The translations under genes were made by a program, and so were the position numbers. Of a stretch of DNA of 64,000 bases, positions 58,398 to 64,000 are shown in pieces. Below the pieces are notes generated by a model, which ran no database searches, was not told where the DNA came from, and was given only the letters and a program-made list of their open reading frames with translations. Position 1 is the first letter of the stretch; each line of letters begins with the position of its first letter. Origin of the DNA: a virus; the IMG/VR virus record IMGVR_UViG_3300022890_000019, positions 10,218 to 74,217 of that record. One strand, written 5' to 3'.

Positions 58398-58763
58398 TTA
58401 GGCAGTCTCATCTTCCTTGGCATTTTCTACCAGTTGCTTAACAACAGCACCAATAGCCATCAATAGACCATCGATAAATGCTTTCTGATTCTCTTTGCTA
58501 AACCAGTTGATATTAACAATCTCCTGGATGACACCGGCAAGAGCTAAGACTGCTCCCTGATAATCCTCATCTAACAATAGTAAAAGGATATCGTTGATAG
58601 GTTTGTGGTAAGTTACCGGGATGTATTTTTCGAATACTAACTTGTCAAGCAGGGGAAGACCCTTGTTAATAAGCTGATCTGATACAAATTCTTTCCATCC
58701 TTTTTCGTCAATGAGTTCATCGAAGAAATCTTGACTTCTTGTCATTACTTGTTCTGTTATCAT
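58398..58763 (-). CDS. hypothetical protein
   Basis: Amphipathic helical ORF next to the holin-like gene. Confidence 0.55.
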   Translation of the reverse strand: MITEQVMTRSQDFFDELIDEKGWKEFVSDQLINKGLPLLDKLVFEKYIPVTYHKPINDILLLLLDEDYQGAVLALAGVIQEIVNINWFSKENQKAFIDGLLMAIGAVVKQLVENAKEDETA

Positions 58764-58773
58764 AATATTGAAT

Positions 58774-59100
58774 TTATACTGCCTTGTTCTTAGACAGCGA
58801 ATTAATAATCTTGTTAATATTCCTCTCTAACCAACTTGGCTTAGCCTCCTTCTCACTGATCTTCTCATTAGTAGTTGTAACAGAGCTTAGAGCTATCGTA
58901 GAGACACATAAAGCATCTAAGGCACCTATAGTGATACCTACCCACAAAGGAGCTGATAATGGTACAGCTATGGATCCTAAAATAGATACTAAGACCGTAC
59001 CTACCTGTGCATAGAACCGTATCCTCTTCCAGAAGTCCGGAGTCTCAGAAGTTAGCCTTTCATAGACTATATTTTTTGTTAGTACTTCTTTAGCAGTCAT
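58774..59100 (-). CDS. holin-like two-TM membrane protein
   Basis: RLTSETPDFWKRI followed by two hydrophobic helices and a charged C-tail. Confidence 0.55.
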   Translation of the reverse strand: MTAKEVLTKNIVYERLTSETPDFWKRIRFYAQVGTVLVSILGSIAVPLSAPLWVGITIGALDALCVSTIALSSVTTTNEKISEKEAKPSWLERNINKIINSLSKNKAV

Positions 59101-59111
59101 AACTTATATTT

Positions 59112-60740
59112 TTATGGTAATCCTGTTTGTGATACAGCTGTTATTTTTACTGTTGCCATCCAGTTAACATAAATGCCACTATTTCCTGAATCTGTCACTT
59201 CCACTACAAGTGCCTCATTCGTATCATCAGCAGCAACCCTTATATTAAAATTTCCGTCTGTTTCATAATTTATAACAGGAGTACCAGATCTTAATGTAGT
59301 ATTTCCTGCATCATCTCTTGTTATACATCCATCAAGAATATAATATGAAAAACTTGTTCCAGTTACACTCCCTGTACCAGATACCTGAACAGAAAATGTC
59401 CATGTTGTTGATGCTGGAATAATCATTTGCTTTGTTAATCCATCAAGAAATAAATCATGCCAAGCAGATGTTGCTGTATGATGAACTGTATCATGGACAT
59501 TATATATAATATCTTGTGTTGAACCGTAAGTATAAGAATAGTTTTCTGGTCTTTGTCTTGAATAACCCTCTTCTACAAGCCAGTTACCTTTAAGGATAAC
59601 ACCACCACTCTCAGCAACCAATTCCGTACTATCCCCTGCATCTGAAACAAAATTTATAACTCCCTTGTTACTGCCTGCCACACCTATTGTTATGGTATCG
59701 ATAACCCTTGCTGTCTGTACCTGTAAATCGTTATCAAAGACAAAGCGATCCTCGTCTTCCATATACGTCAATGTACCATCATTTGTCTCTCCTCTCCAAG
59801 TCATAACATAGTCTGTCCCTGCCAGATCATTAAACCATTTTATCTCCTGATCGTAGAAATCTGCAACAGTAGTAGCTGTTCCTGCATCGCTAGGAACCTT
59901 TAACTGAAAGTAAGGATCAGCAGCATATATTGTCTGTACTGATGCTGTCTGTACTGTAGTTGCATTGTCAGCTTGCCATTGTGTTACAAATGAATTAGCA
60001 TTAGTACCAGGATCATTAAATAATAAATATCCATCAAGAGTTGTATTTTTAGCAGCAAGTGTTCCAGTAGTTGCAATATTAGCAGCTCCAAAATCCCATT
60101 CTCCATCAGTCGTATTATCAATAGTCTCTCCATTACTACCTCGTATCTCAGCAGTATTTATTACTACATTAGCTCTATCATTAAAATCAAGACCATAGTC
60201 TGCTACAGCTGATCGGACAGCAATTACACTTCCTACTGTGTCAGGATAGATTACAAGACCATGATCTAGCTTTCCTATCGCAGATGAATGAGAATGAAAG
60301 GATGCTAATGAATTTTCACCTCCTGCACCAGAAGCAGATAGTTGCTTCATAAATACAGCTAGTCCAGTATTTTCACCGGAACCATGTACAGAAGTTGCTA
60401 CATCGTAGTTTTTAACAGTAAGTCCTGCAGTGGTTCCTGAGTACGTCTCTCCTGCTGCCTGGGTTAGCTTTATAAGACTACCAGCACTCGCACCTCCTGA
60501 TATAGTTCCTTCAACAGAAATACCTTTTTCAAACACCTGATCATTCTTGAAGGTCCAGGTAGCCCATATATTATCATCACCAGTAGTTTTAATATTAGAA
60601 GTATCAGCAGAGATAGTAGATAAATAGTCTAGAACTACATCTGGCTTACCTGTTCTGCTATTTCTCTTATAGATATAAGTTTGTGAACAAGCAACTCCTA
60701 CAATGAAGAGACTGAAGATTATTAGAATTATCTTTTTCAT
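59112..60740 (-). CDS. fibre-like beta-rich protein with N-terminal Sec signal peptide
   Basis: MKKIILIIFSLFIVGVACS-Q start, Thr/Gly/Ala-rich body, C-terminal beta-sandwich-like region (...VNWMATVKI). Confidence 0.6.
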   Translation of the reverse strand: MKKIILIIFSLFIVGVACSQTYIYKRNSRTGKPDVVLDYLSTISADTSNIKTTGDDNIWATWTFKNDQVFEKGISVEGTISGGASAGSLIKLTQAAGETYSGTTAGLTVKNYDVATSVHGSGENTGLAVFMKQLSASGAGGENSLASFHSHSSAIGKLDHGLVIYPDTVGSVIAVRSAVADYGLDFNDRANVVINTAEIRGSNGETIDNTTDGEWDFGAANIATTGTLAAKNTTLDGYLLFNDPGTNANSFVTQWQADNATTVQTASVQTIYAADPYFQLKVPSDAGTATTVADFYDQEIKWFNDLAGTDYVMTWRGETNDGTLTYMEDEDRFVFDNDLQVQTARVIDTITIGVAGSNKGVINFVSDAGDSTELVAESGGVILKGNWLVEEGYSRQRPENYSYTYGSTQDIIYNVHDTVHHTATSAWHDLFLDGLTKQMIIPASTTWTFSVQVSGTGSVTGTSFSYYILDGCITRDDAGNTTLRSGTPVINYETDGNFNIRVAADDTNEALVVEVTDSGNSGIYVNWMATVKITAVSQTGLP

Positions 60741-60792
60741 GATTTAATTTTTTATAAAGTTAGTAAATATTATCGTTATCACATATTGTCAG

Positions 60793-61101
60793 TTATTTGA
60801 CATACTTCTTATTCTTTATCTCACCACTTTTTTCTTTCCTGATCCTGATCTGTCTTACCATATAACGTAAGGAGTCTGTATCTTTGACAACATCATTGAG
60901 ATCCTGAAAAACTCTCTGTCCTTCCTTCATCACCGAATCACTATCTAGGAAAACTATATTTTCAGATGTTATACTCTCAAGAAGAGGAATGTTTTCTGGA
61001 AGATACTCTATATTACCTCCTTTAGCAATTCCATCATCAGAATTATATCCAGTAAGAGTTATGACAAGGCCACTAATTAGGGCTACTATCATCAGTTTCA
61101 T
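60793..61101 (-). CDS. N-terminally anchored membrane/periplasmic protein
   Basis: MKLMIVALISGLVITLTG hydrophobic start and C-terminal coiled segment. Start position uncertain. Confidence 0.45.
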   Translation of the reverse strand: MKLMIVALISGLVITLTGYNSDDGIAKGGNIEYLPENIPLLESITSENIVFLDSDSVMKEGQRVFQDLNDVVKDTDSLRYMVRQIRIRKEKSGEIKNKKYVK

Positions 61102-61375
61102 TAATAGCTTTAACATCTTCTTTTATATTTTCAAGATTAGTTTTTATTATTGCCACTTCTTTGTCTACACTATTAATTAGTATAGATGAGCAGTCAACAT
61201 GATCTTTAAAATTTACCCTCAGCTCTTTAATATGTGTCGTATTATGTTCGCTGTTTGTTTTATTAGTGTTTATCTGTCCTGCATTGAGAAAATAAACAGA
61301 TAGTACAGAAGCCAACCAGAAAGAGATTCCTATAACATCCCTCATTGTAAATTTGATATCTTTAATGTTAGGCAT
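61073..61375 (-). CDS. single-TM coiled-coil protein (holin/XhlA-like architecture)
   Basis: VIGISFWLASVLSVYFL TM segment, then VAIIKTNLENIKEDV coil. Confidence 0.5.
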   Translation of the reverse strand: MPNIKDIKFTMRDVIGISFWLASVLSVYFLNAGQINTNKTNSEHNTTHIKELRVNFKDHVDCSSILINSVDKEVAIIKTNLENIKEDVKAINETDDSSPN

Positions 61376-61435
61376 TTAATTAATTTTTAAATGATTAATT
61401 ATTCTTTGTCTACTTGGTCGGTTGAAAGATCTGAG

Positions 61436-61873
61436 TTATAAAGAACGTCTCTCTTTTATCAAAGCATATATACTAATAGCGATAGCCAGTACTAAGGATA
61501 GCACCTGTAAAGTCCAAAACCAGATAGGATGACTCCTACCCCATAAGTCTACCCAGGAAGTACCACCGATGTAATCCCATGACTGACCTATGAGTAAATT
61601 TATGATAATGTTATATCCACTCCATTGTATGATAAAGTAGGCAAGTGCAAAAGAGAGCATATACAGCCATTTCTTCCATAATAGCACTATAGGTATCAAA
61701 CCTACTAAAAGCTTCGTCAGCGTTCCTATAGCATGCCATTGTGATGATAATAACTTCCTAGCTATAGGTTCGTGTTCATGAGCCCAATTAATTACTAATC
61801 CATTGAATATAGCAAAGGTTATTACTATAAGAAATACTAAAACTGTAATTGATATGTTCTGCCACTTCTTCAT
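61436..61873 (-). CDS. multi-pass membrane protein (about 4 TM)
   Basis: Start reassigned to ATG 61873 (MKKWQNISITVL), just after the endonuclease stop. Contains WH...N...YIGGTSWVD. Confidence 0.65.
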   Translation of the reverse strand: MKKWQNISITVLVFLIVITFAIFNGLVINWAHEHEPIARKLLSSQWHAIGTLTKLLVGLIPIVLLWKKWLYMLSFALAYFIIQWSGYNIIINLLIGQSWDYIGGTSWVDLWGRSHPIWFWTLQVLSLVLAIAISIYALIKERRSL

Positions 61874-61877
61874 TATT

Positions 61878-62471
61878 TTAATTTTTAAATTCCCATGCAT
61901 GACCAGCATGACTTTTACGTATATTATTACAACAATCTGATATATGCCTATGATCTGCATTAGTTTGTCTTTCTGCATCCATTGTGGAATGAAATTCAAC
62001 CTTCTCACCTGTGATTAAGTTTATTCCAATAACAACTTTGGAGTTTTTATTATTAATTCCATTTCGCATATCATCATATCCATTCTGTAAATTATCACAC
62101 CAAGTAGTAAGTTGTATATTTTTTAATGTGTAAGAAAGGTAGTTGTCTTTACGATCACAGGATGGAATTAATGCAGTATCATATCCTGAGTTCTTCCAGT
62201 TATCATACAATTCATGGAATTTCTGCTGAGAAAACATCCACTCTTTTAATTCTCGTTTTGTATAAGTTGGTGGTGGGTAGCCTTTTTGTGCAGAATTACT
62301 TTTCTGAGCAGAATATACCTTTGTAATTAACCCATCCTTTGTTCTCTTTGAAGCAAGTATACGATCTTTTGTACAATCTTTACATATACATTGTAATCCA
62401 TCTGAATTAGTACTACATTTATAGAAGTCATCCTTTGATATTAAATCCTTACATTTATTACACTTTTTCAT
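61878..62471 (-). CDS. free-standing HNH-type homing endonuclease with NUMOD1 HTH
   Basis: Zn ribbon CNKC...CKDC, PSCDRKDNYLSYTLKNIQLTTWCDN, and C-terminal FHSTMDAERQT...ISDCC...KSHAGHAWEF. Confidence 0.8.
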   Translation of the reverse strand: MKKCNKCKDLISKDDFYKCSTNSDGLQCICKDCTKDRILASKRTKDGLITKVYSAQKSNSAQKGYPPPTYTKRELKEWMFSQQKFHELYDNWKNSGYDTALIPSCDRKDNYLSYTLKNIQLTTWCDNLQNGYDDMRNGINNKNSKVVIGINLITGEKVEFHSTMDAERQTNADHRHISDCCNNIRKSHAGHAWEFKN

Positions 62472-63427
62472 TTCTGATTTTTAATTATAATATCTTTGAT
62501 TCTCTGTCCACTTGTTAATGTAAAAGTAACTTTATTACCTGAATAACTAAACCAAGCGTTATCATTAGCCACTCTGTAAATTGTGTAACCGCCCACATCA
62601 GCCCAACTTCCATTATAATAATAAAGTGATTCTACGTAAGTGCTATCCGTTATATCTTCGATATAAAACCCAGTAGTTCCATTTGATGTGCAATTCAGAT
62701 ATTTAGAATGTGCTTCGCTTACTATTTCTTCTGCAACTAAAAATATACCTGTTCCTTTGAAAAACCCAACAGGTGATAAACCCACAGGAGAAAAAGAAAA
62801 GTCTATCAGCTTTACTACCTTCTCCCACTTAGCGTGATATATGTCTATCCATGTAGTTCCTTTTTCATCTGAATAAAATTGATTTTCTGCTATCTCGAAA
62901 TCTCCATACGTTGTATTTATAATTCCTATTTTAGCAGCCGTTAAGTTTACATTTGTCGAACTTATTACCGTTATCGTATGCCAGCCCGTTGTAATAATAT
63001 CCGTATCAATTCCATCAATATAGGCATTATCATAGTCAGGATATGTTAAAGTTCCTGCATTTGCGTATACTTCTAAATCATTAGAAGCACCCTCGAATAT
63101 CTTTTCCGTTGTAGATTCTAAATCAATTCTAAATGTTATTGTTTTTACATTTCCTATTGCTCCGTAATCTATATAAGCATCACTAAAAGACATCCCTTCC
63201 CTTGTTGAAATACCTCCATAGACCGTTCCTGTGTTTCCATTACCGCTTTCATCTATCAGCTCTCCCTTAATTGGGTTAGCGAAGGTGTAGGAGGCTACTA
63301 AGCCTGTACTAGCTTTTATGCTTTCATTTGTAAAATATCTGTATTCTGTAGTTGAAGATTGCGAGTAGGATTGCAAACTAATCGTTACAAATAATAAACT
63401 CATTAAAATAATAATCCATTTTTTCAT
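62468..63427 (-). CDS. LamG/concanavalin-A-like domain protein with Sec signal peptide
   Basis: MKKWIIILMSLLFVTISLQSYS-Q, GLVASYTF...DESGNGNTGT, YIDG, GWHTI. Confidence 0.75.
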   Translation of the reverse strand: MKKWIIILMSLLFVTISLQSYSQSSTTEYRYFTNESIKASTGLVASYTFANPIKGELIDESGNGNTGTVYGGISTREGMSFSDAYIDYGAIGNVKTITFRIDLESTTEKIFEGASNDLEVYANAGTLTYPDYDNAYIDGIDTDIITTGWHTITVISSTNVNLTAAKIGIINTTYGDFEIAENQFYSDEKGTTWIDIYHAKWEKVVKLIDFSFSPVGLSPVGFFKGTGIFLVAEEIVSEAHSKYLNCTSNGTTGFYIEDITDSTYVESLYYYNGSWADVGGYTIYRVANDNAWFSYSGNKVTFTLTSGQRIKDIIIKNQK

Positions 63428-63439
63428 ATTTTCTCCTAA

Positions 63440-64000
63440 TTAGGGGTTTACTGTAACTCCCTTACTTTCTAAACTTGTAACGGCAGCATCGCTAGCAGAT
63501 GTTCTGGCAGTATTGTTTCCCGCTAAATCAATTGTTCCTGAACTCATTCCACTGGATTCAAGATCAATCAATAAATTATCTACCTCCGTATCACTTAATC
63601 CGTATCCTGCCGCTGGTCTATGATAAAAGTAATTAATTGATGCAGAAAACGTATGCCCTGATGTATAGGTATCAACTTGGTTTAAACCAGTATTATAATA
63701 ATAAGTTAATCCACTGGGAAGACTTGCTATGTCTCCAGAAGTTGTGTTTAAACCAGTATTATAATAATCAGTTAATCCACTGGGAAGACTTGCTATGTCT
63801 CCAGAAGTTGTGTTTGAACCAGTATTATAATAATCAGTTAATCCACTGGGAAGACTTGCTATGTCTCCAAAAGTTTGGTTTGAACCATAATTTAAATAAA
63901 CAGTTAATCCACTGGGAAGGTCTGCTATATCTCCAGAAGTTTGGTTTGAACCATCATTATAATAATAAGTTAATCCACTTGGAAGGTCTGCTATGTCTCC
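63440..64000 (-). CDS. 22-aa LRR-like repeat protein, 5' part outside the window (not in ORF track)
   Basis: Open frame from 64000 reads (SGDIASLPSGLTDYYNTGSNTT)n then ...LSDTEVDNLLIDL...GTIDLAGNN...LESKGVTVNP, with stop at 63440-63442. Confidence 0.85.
   Translation of the reverse strand, partial: GDIADLPSGLTYYYNDGSNQTSGDIADLPSGLTVYLNYGSNQTFGDIASLPSGLTDYYNTGSNTTSGDIASLPSGLTDYYNTGLNTTSGDIASLPSGLTYYYNTGLNQVDTYTSGHTFSASINYFYHRPAAGYGLSDTEVDNLLIDLESSGMSSGTIDLAGNNTARTSASDAAVTSLESKGVTVNP
63677..64000 (-). repeat. 66-bp coding tandem repeat, about 5 units visible
   Basis: Recurrent AGTTAATCCACTGGGAAG...TGCTATGTCTCC on the + strand at 66-bp spacing. Confidence 0.95.

Larger units (their letters stand above)
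1..64000. mobile_element. crAss-like bacteriophage genome segment (Crassvirales-type), likely Bacteroidota host
   Basis: Gene order TerL-portal-scaffold-MCP-ring/auxiliary-muzzle-cargo-giant RNAP matches the conserved crAss-like virion module. TAnnTTTG promoters and Bacteroidota-type signal peptides are present. No host housekeeping genes. Confidence 0.88.

Noticed and set aside
15562-61180. Numerous 60-140 aa + strand ORFs within the minus-strand arm
   Set aside because: They are antisense shadows of long genes, with Ser/Leu/Ile-rich composition and no motifs.
61874-62008. N-terminal extension of ORF 61436-62008 (and similarly 669-728, 5593-5652, 45161-45193)
   Set aside because: These extensions overlap neighbouring genes or a terminator; downstream ATGs give cleaner packing.
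1-64000. Stop-codon reassignment (TAG or TGA), known in some crAss-like phages
   Set aside because: Genes are full length under the standard code, including a 19-kb ORF, and TAG is used as a true stop (e.g. 14334, 50307, 51507).
1-64000. Prophage boundaries, integrase or att sites
   Set aside because: No integrase or host genes are seen, and both window edges fall inside phage-type genes.

Overview
The whole window reads as a segment of a crAss-like (Crassvirales-type) podophage genome, probably infecting a Bacteroidota host. No host genes, tRNAs, rRNAs or CRISPR arrays were seen, and the standard genetic code fits. There are two convergent arms. The + strand arm (1-10.3 kb) holds small accessory genes: a DUF5675 peptidase-like gene, a PKD lipoprotein, modular cassette-like ORFs, a hexapeptide-repeat protein, a SAM methyltransferase, an HNH-like nuclease, a GH16 glycoside hydrolase and a KTSC protein. 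These are followed by a promoter, a ~500 nt structured non-coding region and a radical SAM / SWIM / WGR-ligase / J-domain cluster. The - strand arm (10.3-64 kb) is the virion module. In transcription order it runs: repeat and fibre-like genes, an HNH-NUMOD endonuclease, holin-like genes, terminase large subunit with a LAGLIDADG intein, portal, scaffold, major capsid, ring / auxiliary capsid / muzzle genes, cargo proteins, a GroES-like co-chaperonin, a 6381-aa giant protein, then hub-like and fibre genes. The giant protein joins an SF1 helicase, two HExxH zincin motifs and a crAss-type two-barrel RNA polymerase in one chain. The most notable observations are that fusion, a two-level system of short repeats delimiting gene and domain cassettes at 0.7-3 kb, the structured leader with its putative repair operon, and fibre-like proteins carrying Sec signal peptides. 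All family assignments come from motif recognition and gene order by eye, not from database searches.
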